Shown: piece after piece, positions 24,155 through 33,800 of the stretch | Layout of the letters: every line of letters starts with the position of its first letter | Position numbering within the stretch: position 1 is the stretch's first letter | Assembly (NCBI GenBank): GCA_964564775.1 | Contig: CAZMDM010000131.1 | Coordinates: 1-33,887 of the forward strand | Origin: an uncultured Desulfonema sp. | GTDB taxonomy: Bacteria; Desulfobacterota; Desulfobacteria; Desulfobacterales; DYRC01 | DNA: 33,887 nucleotides | Direction of reading: 5' to 3' | Translations under genes and position numbers: made by a program | Notes under the pieces: generated by a model | The model's input: only the letters and a program-made list of their open reading frames with translations | What the model was told of the DNA's origin: nothing | Database searches by the model: none

Positions 24155-24424
24155 ATGAATAAGACAGACCTGATCAACGAGGTTGCAAAGGTTGTCAGCA
24201 CCAAAAAAGATGCTGCAGCGGCGGTGGATTGTATCTTATCGAGCATTGTCGAAGCGATGAGAAAAGGGGACGATGTAACCCTGATCGGATTCGGAAGTTT
24301 CAAAGTGATTAAAAGAGAAGCCCGAAAAGGCAGAAATCCGAAAACCGGACAAGAAATGAAAATCGCTGCGAAAAAAGTTCCCAAATTCGTTCCGGGAAAA
24401 GGCTTGAAAGATGCTGTGAAATAA
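24155..24424 (+). CDS. hup: HU-family nucleoid-associated DNA-binding protein
   Basis: 89 aa with RBS AAGGAGG upstream. The protein is [11 protein letters not shown]...[67 protein letters not shown], a canonical HU. Confidence 0.95.
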   Translation: MNKTDLINEVAKVVSTKKDAAAAVDCILSSIVEAMRKGDDVTLIGFGSFKVIKREARKGRNPKTGQEMKIAAKKVPKFVPGKGLKDAVK

Positions 24425-24431
24425 GTATCGG

Positions 24432-24466
24432 ATACGGAAAGAGAGTGCCGGGGGCTCTTTCCGTAT
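24432..24466 (+). terminator. Rho-independent terminator of hup
   Basis: ATACGGAAAGAG (24432..24443) pairs perfectly with CTCTTTCCGTAT (24455..24466) around an 11-nt loop. TTTTTCTTTTC follows about 9 nt downstream. Confidence 0.7.
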
Positions 24467-24510
24467 TCAGCGAATTTTTCTTTTCTATCATATTGAGGAG
24501 TTTAACCATT

Positions 24511-24747
24511 ATGCTAAGTGATTATTTACATGCCGCTCTTCGCCGGGCAATGTATGAGATTCTGCCGGACGATGGTTCGTATTACGGAGAAATTCCCGGA
24601 TTAAACGGTGTTTATGCCAATGCAGATACTCTTGAGGAATGCCGGAAACAGTTGGCGGAAGTACTTGAAGAATGGATTTTATTCAGACTGTTGCTGAAAA
24701 TCCTTCGACAAGCCAATATCACAAAAGATGAATGGGAAAAACTATAA
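24511..24747 (+). CDS. HicB-like (UPF0150) antitoxin-family small protein; no HicA partner seen
   Basis: The track ORF begins at 24445, inside the hup terminator. ATG 24511 follows GAGGAG (24495..24500). The protein MLSDYLHAALRRAMYEILPDDGSYYGEIPGLNGVYANADTLEECRKQLAEVLEEWI... matches the short HicB-like family common in cyanobacteria and Desulfobacterota. Confidence 0.6.
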   Translation: MLSDYLHAALRRAMYEILPDDGSYYGEIPGLNGVYANADTLEECRKQLAEVLEEWILFRLLLKILRQANITKDEWEKL

Positions 24748-24785
24748 TATATAAAATTTTCAATTTATTATCACCGGAGGACCCC

Positions 24786-25403
24786 ATGTCGGAACATCTC
24801 ATTGAAAATCCTGAAACCTATTTCGGAGAATTTATTCCCTCCCGCGAACCTCTGCTGACCGAGCTTGAAGAGGAAGCTCGGAATGAAGATATTCCGATTA
24901 TCGGTCCTGTGGTGGGACAACTGCTGTTTATTCTGCTTGCAGCGACCAAATCCAAACGGATTCTGGAATTGGGAACTGCAACGGGATATTCAAGCATCTG
25001 GCTTGCCCGTGCCTGCGAACTTACCGATGGAAAGATCATCACGCTTGAAAATAACCCCTCTCTTGCATCCCGAGCAAAAAGCAATATCTACAAAGCAGGA
25101 CTTTCTCACAGAGTCGAAGTCAGAATCGGAGATGCTGTGGAAGAAATGGCGAAAATGACCGAGTTTTTCGATTTCATTTTCTTGGATATTGACAAAGAAT
25201 TTTATCTGAGCGTGCTGAATCCCTGCCGCAGATTGCTCAGACGCGGCGGGCTTTTGTTTGCGGATAATACAGGATTCAAAGATTCGAAAGATTTCAATCA
25301 GGCGATCTTTTCGCATTCCGCATGGAAAGCGGTTCAGTTATATTCTTTTTTACCGCGTCATTCTCCGGAAAAAGACGGACTATGTTTTGCCTTAAGAGTA
25401 TGA
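24786..25403 (+). CDS. Class I SAM-dependent O-methyltransferase, family 3 (caffeoyl-CoA OMT / YrrM-like)
   Basis: ATG 24786 follows GGAGG (24775..24779); the track start at 24732 is an alternative codon. SAM motif I is ILELGTATGYSSIWLA. FDFIFLDIDKEFY and LLRRGGLLFADN are also present. Confidence 0.85.
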   Translation: MSEHLIENPETYFGEFIPSREPLLTELEEEARNEDIPIIGPVVGQLLFILLAATKSKRILELGTATGYSSIWLARACELTDGKIITLENNPSLASRAKSNIYKAGLSHRVEVRIGDAVEEMAKMTEFFDFIFLDIDKEFYLSVLNPCRRLLRRGGLLFADNTGFKDSKDFNQAIFSHSAWKAVQLYSFLPRHSPEKDGLCFALRV

Positions 25404-27676
25404 TAATATTGACAGGGATATTGGCAACGTTCCCTGTTTTTGCTGAAATTTCCACAGACGGAAGTTTCGGGGCAGCAGTATCGCTCAGAGGACCGGCATA
25501 CAATATTGATGCAGAACTCGGAAAACAGGTCCGCGGCAATCTGTATCACGGCTTTCATAAATTCGATCTTGACACAGGAGAGCAAGCAGTATTCAAAGGA
25601 TCCGGAACAGTTGAGAATATCATCGGAAAAATCAGCGGCGGACAATCTCATATCAACGGTCTGATAAAATCGGAAATTTCAGGCGCAAATCTCTTTCTCA
25701 TCAATCCTCAGGGCATGATTTTCGGTCCCGACGCGGCATTGGACATCAGAGGCTCTTTTTATGTGTCTTCTTACGACATGGGACAGACTCGACAGCTTTC
25801 GGGAAATATCGAGTTTCAGGGTTCTGAAATACGCGTGGCAGACGGAAAGAGTATTTCTGCCGCAGCAGACAATATTCGCATGAGCGATGCGGTTCTGAAA
25901 GCCGAAAACGGCAGTATTTTCATCATTGCCAATCGTTTTTTTGCAAAGAACAGCGTACTGAATGCAGACGCGGTCGGCTCGGAATACGGCGGAGAAATTG
26001 CCATTCATGCGGCAGAGATCAAAGGGCAGAACATCAGAATTTCCTCGGATGCTGTTGGATCGGGTAATGGCGGTAATATCACGATTTCAGGCATTGACGA
26101 TGCTCCGGCACAGTCGGTGCTGTTTTCAGACGGAAGTCAGATTGCAGCAGGATCATTGGATCGGGGGAACGCAGGCACAATCAGCATTTTCGCCCAATCT
26201 CTGCATCTTACGGACAGTGCGTTCATTGCCAGCGAAGCTTTCGGCGCGGGCAATGGCGGAAAAATTTCCCTTCATGTCAATCATATGAAGGCTGAACGGG
26301 GCAGCGGCATTTCTAGCGAGTCGGTATCAGACGGAAACGGCGGAAACCTCATGATTTCAGGTATCGGAAAAAGCGAGGAAGATTTTGCGGATTTTGTCAC
26401 ATTTTCAGGAAAATATCCTGTCGGTGAGGATGTTGTGATTGCTCCCGAATCTGATCCCAAATATTTCAGCCGAATTTATGCGGAAACCCGAAATTCGGGA
26501 AATGCCGGAAATATTACGATTTATTCTAAAGAATTATCTCTCTCAGATGAGGCATTCATCCGAAGCAGAACTTCGGGATCAGGCAGTGGCGGAAATATCG
26601 GAATTTATGCAGATTTTCTGAAACTTTCTGATAATGCCGGCATCAACAGCGATACGCTTGGACAAGGCGCTGGAGGACATATTTCGATCCGAAGCCAAAA
26701 TGTCGCAATCATAAATTCCCATATTTCTGCGGATACCGGCAGCGCAGGAAAAGGCGGAAGTCTGAGTATCACGGGCTATTCCGAAAAAGAACCCGCAGAG
26801 TCCGTAAAATTATCGGACGGTGCCAGCATTTTTGCAGGAACATTGTGCGGCGAAGAGGAATGTTCTCAGGGAGGAAATGCCGATAAAATCATTATCTTAT
26901 CGAAATTATTGAAATTATCCAGTGCATATATCGGAAGCGAAACTTATGGCGCGGGGAGTGGCGGAGATATTCATGTCGGAATCTGTCATCTGGATATGAC
27001 AGATGGCAGTGAAATTACGGTAAAAAGCAAGGGCAAAGGTATGGGCGGAAAAATCCGCATTGCCGGCGTATCGGATAGCGAACCTGCCGATACGATTATC
27101 CTCACAGGCAATACTTACAAAAGCATCATCTATGCCGGATCGGAATCTTCGGGAGAAGCAGGCACGATCCGTATTTATGCGAATACCATGCGGCTGAGCG
27201 ATGGCGCATCTGTGTCCACCTCGGCTCGGAACGCGGACGGCGGCGATATTGACATGACAATTCCGCATCTGTTTTATCTGAATCATGCCGAAATTACCAC
27301 CTCTGTCGGCGGAGGACTCGGCAACGGCGGCAATATCCGACTTTATCCCGATCTCGCTGTGATGAATCATTCTGAAATCATTGCCGATGCTCATGGCGGC
27401 AATGGCGGAAATATTTATATTGTTGCAAATCGTTTTATTGCATCGCCTCAAAGCCGTGTTTCCGCGTCCTCAGAACTGGGCATTGACGGACAAATCGAAA
27501 TCGATGCGAATGAGACAGATATGATGAGCAATCTTGCCATATTGCCAACATCGTTTCAGGATGTCTCGATATGGATGCGGGATCCCTGCCAAGGACGGAA
27601 TGCCGGAAATATCGGTTCTCTGCTGATCAAAGGACGCGAAGGCATGCCGGATGAACCGGAAGATTTTCTGAGATAA
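25382..27676 (+). CDS. TpsA-like exoprotein 2: filamentous haemagglutinin N-terminal (TPS) domain followed by GxxGxI beta-helix repeats
   Basis: The likely start is ATG 25382 (MFCLKSMIILTGILATFPVFA|EISTDGSFG), in frame with track ORF 25322, and it overlaps the OMT stop by 22 nt. TPS motifs are NLYHGFHKFDL and LINPQGMIFG. Many GNAGNITI / GNGGNI repeats follow. The C-terminal block GGNGGNIYIVANRFIASPQSRVSASSELGIDGQIEID...LPTSFQD...PC is shared with TpsA-like 1. Confidence 0.85.
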   Translation: MFCLKSMIILTGILATFPVFAEISTDGSFGAAVSLRGPAYNIDAELGKQVRGNLYHGFHKFDLDTGEQAVFKGSGTVENIIGKISGGQSHINGLIKSEISGANLFLINPQGMIFGPDAALDIRGSFYVSSYDMGQTRQLSGNIEFQGSEIRVADGKSISAAADNIRMSDAVLKAENGSIFIIANRFFAKNSVLNADAVGSEYGGEIAIHAAEIKGQNIRISSDAVGSGNGGNITISGIDDAPAQSVLFSDGSQIAAGSLDRGNAGTISIFAQSLHLTDSAFIASEAFGAGNGGKISLHVNHMKAERGSGISSESVSDGNGGNLMISGIGKSEEDFADFVTFSGKYPVGEDVVIAPESDPKYFSRIYAETRNSGNAGNITIYSKELSLSDEAFIRSRTSGSGSGGNIGIYADFLKLSDNAGINSDTLGQGAGGHISIRSQNVAIINSHISADTGSAGKGGSLSITGYSEKEPAESVKLSDGASIFAGTLCGEEECSQGGNADKIIILSKLLKLSSAYIGSETYGAGSGGDIHVGICHLDMTDGSEITVKSKGKGMGGKIRIAGVSDSEPADTIILTGNTYKSIIYAGSESSGEAGTIRIYANTMRLSDGASVSTSARNADGGDIDMTIPHLFYLNHAEITTSVGGGLGNGGNIRLYPDLAVMNHSEIIADAHGGNGGNIYIVANRFIASPQSRVSASSELGIDGQIEIDANETDMMSNLAILPTSFQDVSIWMRDPCQGRNAGNIGSLLIKGREGMPDEPEDFLR

Positions 27677-27740
27677 AAGGGTATTCTAAAAATTATTAAC
27701 AGGATTTTGAAAAAAACTTAAGAAGAAACATGCCAAAAAA

Positions 27741-27810
27741 TGTCATAAAATTGACAATTTTTGATAAGATTTGACAAAATCCAGTAAGGTTGGACAAAAT
27801 AGGGGTAATA
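27741..27810 (+). promoter_or_regulatory. Candidate upstream activator sites: a TGTCA-N6-TGACA palindrome plus three phased 20-bp direct repeats
   Basis: TGTCAtaaaatTGACA lies at 27741..27756. Three tandem 20-mers follow: TTGACAATTTTTGATAAGAT (27751..27770), TTGACAAAATCCAGTAAGGT (27771..27790) and TGGACAAAATAGGGGTAATA (27791..27810). They end 29 bp upstream of the sigma54 -24 element. Confidence 0.45.
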
Positions 27811-27838
27811 TTTCCGGTATATTCGAAAAAAACTATAC

Positions 27839-27854
27839 TGGTATGCAATTTGCA
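27839..27854 (+). promoter_or_regulatory. Sigma54 (RpoN) -24/-12 promoter for the minor-pilin operon
   Basis: TGGTATGCAATTTGCA matches the consensus TGGCACG-N4-TTGCW at 10 of 12 defined positions, with exact GG-to-GC spacing. It ends 47 nt upstream of ATG 27901. Confidence 0.6.
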
Positions 27855-27900
27855 TTAACTATAAACGCGAAGTCGGGTAAGATTTCGGGAAAGAAAGGAA

Positions 27901-28443
27901 ATGGCTATGCTACGCAATTCAAAAGGACTGACTCTTGTAGAACTTATGGTTGTCCTCACGATTATCGGCGTACTGAGTGCTATGGCAATACCGATGCTGG
28001 GACTGACACCGCGTGCAAAACTGAAAAGCGCAGCCCGCGATATTGCTTCGAATCTGCAAGCTGCAAGGATAAACGCCTTGCGGGATGGAAAAAGCTGGCG
28101 GGTGGAATTTGATAGTGGAAATAAGCAATACAAAGTGTATGAGTACAATCTGACGAATAAACAATATGTGCTTAAAAAAACTCTCAAATTGTACGACAAC
28201 TCTTCGCGTGTGAAGTTCGGTTCGGCATACGGAGCTGCACCTGATTCGGATTGCGATTCACCGACTAGTGGACTGTGTTTTGGAAGTGCTGTCAATAAAG
28301 TTACGTTCACTTCGGCAGGAACCGCCAACGCGAGCAGTGTGTATATCATGGACAGCAAAAACAAGGATACGATTCAGATTGCTATCGCAACTACAGGCAG
28401 AATACAGATGAGAACGAATTTCGGTGGCGGATGGAGCAAGTAA
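27901..28443 (+). CDS. GspH/FimT-family type IV minor pilin (pseudopilin)
   Basis: 180 aa. The prepilin leader and methylation motif is MAMLRNSKG|LTLVELMVVLTIIGVLSAMAIP (Gly-1, Glu+5). AARDIASNLQAARINALRDGKSWRVEF is typical of the GspH/FimT fold. Confidence 0.8.
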   Translation: MAMLRNSKGLTLVELMVVLTIIGVLSAMAIPMLGLTPRAKLKSAARDIASNLQAARINALRDGKSWRVEFDSGNKQYKVYEYNLTNKQYVLKKTLKLYDNSSRVKFGSAYGAAPDSDCDSPTSGLCFGSAVNKVTFTSAGTANASSVYIMDSKNKDTIQIAIATTGRIQMRTNFGGGWSK

Positions 28444-28451
28444 GGGAGGAT

Positions 28452-28850
28452 ATGATGGTAATCCGGCAAAAAAATAACAAAGAATCGGGATTCAGCATGT
28501 TGGAAATGCTGATTGCCATGACGATTCTGGCTATCGGACTTTTGGGAATTGCTGCTCTTCAGATTGTCGCCATACAGGGAAGCGCATACAGTATCAAATA
28601 TAATCAGGCAACGGTTCATATTTCCGATAAATTCGAAAAACTCAAAAATACTCCTTTTGCCCATATTACGATAGAAACAACAGAAGAAACTATCGGCGAT
28701 TATACGATCAAAACCACGATAACCGCTTCCGAACATTCATCCTCACTCAAAGAAGTGCTGATCGAAGCAACATGGCAGGATAAAGCGGGCAAAAAACCTC
28801 ATCGGATTTCGTATCAGACGGTTATCGGGCAAAGCAGTAGCAGCAGTTAA
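28452..28850 (+). CDS. pilV: PilV-like type IV minor pilin
   Basis: ATG 28452 follows GGGAGG (28444..28449). The prepilin motif is KESG|FSMLEMLIAMTILAIGLLGIAALQ, followed by the PilV-like helix SAYSIKYNQATVHISDKFEKLKN. The short mature protein of about 115 aa fits PilV. Confidence 0.75.
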   Translation: MMVIRQKNNKESGFSMLEMLIAMTILAIGLLGIAALQIVAIQGSAYSIKYNQATVHISDKFEKLKNTPFAHITIETTEETIGDYTIKTTITASEHSSSLKEVLIEATWQDKAGKKPHRISYQTVIGQSSSSS

Positions 28851-28872
28851 CTTTCAAAAGGAGAATCGGCGT

Positions 28873-30165
28873 ATGAAAAGAACAATACAGAATCGCTCGG
28901 GCTTTACCCTGCTCGAAGTACTGATTGCCACCATGATTTCTGGGATTGTGCTTGCCGCAGTCATGGAGGTCTTTGCAAGCAATTATAAGTCGTATATTCT
29001 GCAAGATGATATTGCCAATATGCAGGAAAACATCAGAATCGGCATGACGTTTCTGGACAGAGATGTTACCATGATCGGTTCGGGAATGCCCGGAGTGGAT
29101 GGAGCCGGCTTTTGGGTGATGAAGTTCAAAGATGGCAATCTGAGTCAGGAGCGGGCTTATCCTCTGACGTTTCAGAACAATGCAGGCGCTCTTCCATCTG
29201 GAACCATCTGCGGTACTCTTCCGGGTGCTGGTGCGGGAAGTTCTGACAGGCTGATTATCAGATATAATAAATTCGAGAAAAGTCCTTGTGGAGATAAGGA
29301 TAGAAATGATGCAGGAGTTCTCGCGTGCGACCGGCTTCCTCAGCTTACTCTGGTATCTTCAAAATCTGCCAGTTCTTCCGAAGCAGATGTCGAAGAAATT
29401 ATCCGATATTCAAACAATTGTAAACAACCTTATGATATACGCAGTTGCGCGTGCAGTGATAGCAAACAGGGCTGCTATTCTTTATATCCGCTTTGGAATG
29501 AGTCTTGTTACTGTGGAGACACAACATATAGCGCCAGTCAGCCGAGGTTTTTTGCCCTCATCACCTCTCCTGACGGATCATCATCGGATATATTTGTGCT
29601 GACCAGTGTCAACGCGAAAGATCAGCTTCAGAATCATCCCGTCTTCAAATTGGACAATAAAGTGATGAACGGATACAACGCGGGCAGCAGTATATCGTTT
29701 TTCACCATGAAAACGTATCGAGAAGTGATGTATTATGTTCAGGATAATAATTTACGGCGAAGAGTAACCACATGGCCAGACCCCGGTAACGCCTCTCTCA
29801 GTCCGAACTGCGATGATCAGCCCATTGCCGAAAACATCGATGATCTTCAGTTTGCTTTCGGATTAGACACGGACTCGGACGGAGAGCTTGATACATGGAT
29901 CAACGAACGTAATTTGACAGATAACGAAAGCACGCAGGTCAGAATGGTACGCATCAACCTGCTGGGACGGACTGCCAGAGCGAACAATACCTTTTATACC
30001 TCTATGCGGAATACGATCAGGACAGCTACGGGAACTGCTTCGGATAAATTGGAAGATCACGATATCAGCGATATAGAAGCCAAATCCCCGACAAAACAGA
30101 AAGATCGGTTTTTTGTCAGAAAACTATTGCAGACTACTGTAAAAGTACGGAGTCTCGGACTGTAA
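28873..30165 (+). CDS. pilW: PilW-like type IV minor pilin with a Cys-rich insertion
   Basis: 430 aa with RBS AAGGAGA. The prepilin motif is NRSG|FTLLEVLIATMISGIVLAAVMEVF. The PilW-like N-terminal helix is YKSYILQDDIANMQENIRIGMTFLDRDVTMIG, and ...IDDLQFAFGLD... lies near the C-terminal part. Confidence 0.75.
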   Translation: MKRTIQNRSGFTLLEVLIATMISGIVLAAVMEVFASNYKSYILQDDIANMQENIRIGMTFLDRDVTMIGSGMPGVDGAGFWVMKFKDGNLSQERAYPLTFQNNAGALPSGTICGTLPGAGAGSSDRLIIRYNKFEKSPCGDKDRNDAGVLACDRLPQLTLVSSKSASSSEADVEEIIRYSNNCKQPYDIRSCACSDSKQGCYSLYPLWNESCYCGDTTYSASQPRFFALITSPDGSSSDIFVLTSVNAKDQLQNHPVFKLDNKVMNGYNAGSSISFFTMKTYREVMYYVQDNNLRRRVTTWPDPGNASLSPNCDDQPIAENIDDLQFAFGLDTDSDGELDTWINERNLTDNESTQVRMVRINLLGRTARANNTFYTSMRNTIRTATGTASDKLEDHDISDIEAKSPTKQKDRFFVRKLLQTTVKVRSLGL

Positions 30166-30177
30166 AAGGAGAGCATT

Positions 30178-30855
30178 ATGAATGCGCAAAAATATTCGAG
30201 GACGGCAATTGCCGATGAACGCGGAATAGCCATGATTGTTGCAATGTTAGTGCTGCTTGTTCTGACAGTCATCGGTGTTGCATCAACCAAAACAGCGATT
30301 TACGATACGATTACCGCTCATGCCGACAGAAAGAAACGAACCGCATTTTACACGGCAGAAGCAGGATTGGAACACGGAAAAACGGCTGCTATGGCGTATC
30401 TTGCATCGGATGCCAATCCGACTCCGAAGTGGAACAGCAAAGCCTTGTTTGCCGGTACCTATGTCAGCGGTTCGGGAGTTATCCTCAATGATCTCAAAAA
30501 TATCCAGATGGGAAGCGATAAGAGATACACTTACACTGTCTTTGTGAAAAATAACAGAGATGGCAGTGTCAAAGATGCAAGCGGAAATACACTTCAACTG
30601 TCGGAATTGGATCGCTCGGTAGATGTGGACGGAGATATTATTCTGCGTTCCGAATCTTCCAGTACGATTGAGGGCGGCGGAAGAGCGATTGTAGAAGCAG
30701 TTATCGGAAATCAGCCCCCGCTGGAATCGGGAGCAATATGGGATAAAACCGGACAGTTCGGTCACGGTACCGGTAAAACCAATAGCGGTGAAGATGCTAC
30801 GGCAATTTCGGATTTTACGGAGCAGACAAAGGGCGTTACCATCGGAACTCCGTAG
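30178..30855 (+). CDS. pilX: PilX-like minor pilin (PilX N-terminal domain)
   Basis: 225 aa: ...ERGIAMIVAMLVLLVLTVIGVASTKTAIYDTITAHADRKKRTAFYTAEAGLEHG. This is the hydrophobic segment without Glu+5, followed by the FY.AEAGLE helix typical of PilX. Its position after pilW fits the fimU-pilVWXY1 gene order. Confidence 0.7.
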   Translation: MNAQKYSRTAIADERGIAMIVAMLVLLVLTVIGVASTKTAIYDTITAHADRKKRTAFYTAEAGLEHGKTAAMAYLASDANPTPKWNSKALFAGTYVSGSGVILNDLKNIQMGSDKRYTYTVFVKNNRDGSVKDASGNTLQLSELDRSVDVDGDIILRSESSSTIEGGGRAIVEAVIGNQPPLESGAIWDKTGQFGHGTGKTNSGEDATAISDFTEQTKGVTIGTP

Positions 30856-30864
30856 GAGGAAAAC

Positions 30865-33800
30865 ATGAGCGTGAACAGGATAAACAAGAATAAATATCGG
30901 ATACTGCTGACAGCTTTCGGAATATTACTCACTGTATTCATTATGTATCCGATAGAAATGGCAATTGCTGATAAACCTACATCGAGCAGTGAAATTACCG
31001 CGTGCGCCACGCAAAGCCCCAAAAGCTACACCCAGTTTGTGGCATCGGATTTCAGTCTGATCAATGTTGATGTGGATCCGACAACCAAATTTCTGACGCT
31101 GAACACCGGCAATCAGGCACTTGATGTGAATAAGATTGTTGTTCCGTTTGATCAGGATATATCGGTAACCTTTGTTTATGAAAATGCAGGTTATAGAAAT
31201 ACGCGTTTCGGCTGGATGATGGCTACCGATGTGGATTCCAGCGGAAATCCGATTACTTCCAAAATCAGATGGGTATACACCGATATCAATGACAACAACA
31301 ATGACGGTGTGATGGATGTCAGCGGAACCAATTCAGCCGGTCGCTGGGGAGACGTAAACGGAGACGGCAAAATTGATGCACGAGATAACAAACAAGTACT
31401 GGGCAAGTTTCAAGCTGGGTCAGAACTGGTCTTTGTACTGGATTCCTCTCCGAATAACGGAGTGTATTCATCGGGCGAAAACCGAGGCGCGGTACTTTAT
31501 ACCAAAAAAGCATGGAACCCGCCCGCGACGCTCAATCCGGGCGGAATTCAGCGACTGGTTCAATATTATAACGATTCTTCGTCCGTCAGTTCGAGCATGG
31601 GATGTGAGGCATACAACAGAACCGATAATAACTATGGCTGTGTAACAGGCTGTTTGCCAAGCAAGAAACTGAGCGTGAACACTCAGGGCTGGCTGGATAA
31701 AAACGCTCGTGACCGTTTACGAACACTTTTCGGATTGAATTTTGACGCGGTTTCGACAGGAAATACCAAGTGTATTGATGATGCTTATAATGTGCCGTCT
31801 CAGGCTATGATTGTTGCGGCTCCGGCTCAGAATCCGAATGCGTGGATCATAGCGGGAGACGATCAGAGACACTCATCAGGGTCAGGGTCTGACAATGACT
31901 ATAACGACTTGGTGTTTATCATCGAGCGCAAGACCGGCGGAACGGCGGCACTGACGTCCGCGCAAGCAATTAAACCCTCTGATCCAGCAGCGTATTTTAC
32001 AGGCGTAACCTTTGAGGTCTATGACGATATGCCCTGCGCGGGAGGAACCAATATCATCTATTCCGTATCCCCGGATGGCGGAACAACGTGGATCGAGATT
32101 ACCGACTGGGATGAAATATATGTTTCCGATGTGAACAAAAGCAAAGGCTCAGCAGTTGCCAACTGGTCTCCGGGAAAACCGCAATATACTTACCGGAAAG
32201 CCACCCTTGACTTTCTATCTTCCGGCAAGGTGGGACAGGCATTTTTGTGGAAAGCGGCAATGACCAGCGACAACGAACAATGCGTTCCCAAAATTATGGG
32301 CGTCAATCTGTCGTTCAGCATTGCAAAGCACGGTATATTTGCCCGTTCCGCACCGATAACAATGGCTAATATGCTGTATTCTGGAAGTTATGAAACGCCC
32401 GATCCTACCGATGCTACGTGGACAGATATGACGTTGAGAGGGCATCTGATTTATACGCGGCTGTATCAGCCCGATGATCCGACCAAGACCGATATCAAAG
32501 AAATCGTGAAAGATGCGGGAGCGGTTTTGTCAGCGAGAGCGGTCAGTTCCCGGAAGATTTATTATCCCAGTGTAACGATAAACTCAGCAGGCTATGTCAT
32601 CGGCAGGGGGAATAGTACCGATGGTATCAACGGAACGAAAACTTTCTCTGGCACGATAAATCATCAACCCATGCAGGACGGCTCTTTGGTCATTACGGAC
32701 GGTACGGAAAAATTCTCGGAAGGGGATGAAGATACACTGAAAGGATCCTTAGGAGGATCGGGAACGATAGACCGGTTCACCGGAGAATATACCGTAACCT
32801 TCAAAAACCCGCCATGGGTCAATGTTCCGGTTACTGCCACATACAATTATTACACTATATCTCAGGCAATGAAGTCATTCGATACCGGCGCAGGGATTAC
32901 GCCTACTTTGCTGGGACTTACGAGTGACTGGAGCTACAATTCCAGCGGAACGGTCGTATATGAAAATGATTTCAACAAAGACGGCAAGATGGATCAGAAT
33001 GATGCGGATTGGCTGGTCAACTGGACAAGAGGCTATAAAGACGGTGCCAGTACGAAGAAAAGCTGGCTGCTGGGAGCTATAGATCATTCTACGCCCGCGA
33101 TAGATGTTCCCCCTGGCAGACCTGCGTGGTATTATGGAACTGCTACGACAGACGATGAAAGAGACCTGTATAAGGCATTTGCCGAAGCAAATGCGGACCG
33201 TCCAGCTACGATTTATGTGGGTGCCAGAGACGGAATGCTTCATGCCTTTGATGCGGGGAAATTCAAGTGGGGAGATAATCCCAAGACCGCAAATATCACG
33301 GAGAATATCGGCTACTTCGTATGGAGCGGAAACTCGCCTTCGGATAGCGACTATGGTACTGCTGACGAACGCTGGGCATTTATTCCGATCAACCTGATGT
33401 CGCGTCTGAAAAACAACTATAAAGGAACAAGCAAACAGTCGTATGTGGATGCTTCTCCGACTGTTGCAGACGTGTATATCAACAAAAAATGGGTAACCGT
33501 ATTGATGACTGCTGAAGGAAACGGCGGAGATACGGTTGTATGTCTGGATATTACAGATCCGAATACCCCCAAATTTTTATGGGAATATGCCAACACAGAA
33601 CTGTACAAAAGTAAATCTTCTCCTTCTGTTGCCAGACTTGCAAAAATCAAGAGCGGCGGGGAATCCAAATGGGTAGCGTTTTTTGTATCTGCCAAATCCA
33701 ATCCTGCAAAATATCCTGCAATTTATGTGGTCGATATTGCAAGTGGAGCCTTGCTCAAAAAGGTATATTTGTATGCGGCAGAATTGGGAACCACAGGACT

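Noticed and set aside
24445-24510. The extended 100-aa version of the HicB-like ORF, and the idea that its C-terminal LKILRQANITKDEWEKL is a fused HicA fragment.
   Set aside because: The extension is translated through the hup terminator hairpin and has no RBS. The 78-aa product from ATG 24511 is already full length for this family. The HicA resemblance rests on a few residues that I cannot substantiate without an alignment.
16419-27676. The two inverted TpsA-like genes as substrates for large-scale inversion or as a DGR template/variable-repeat pair.
   Set aside because: Their similarity is at the protein level only (about 45-55% by eye). I see no long identical nucleotide tracts, no reverse transcriptase and no adenine-specific mismatch pattern.
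27751-27796. The repeated TTGACA/TGGACA hexamers read as sigma70 -35 boxes.
   Set aside because: None has a credible -10 hexamer at 16-18 nt. The well-spaced sigma54 element downstream and the exact 20-bp phasing fit activator sites better.
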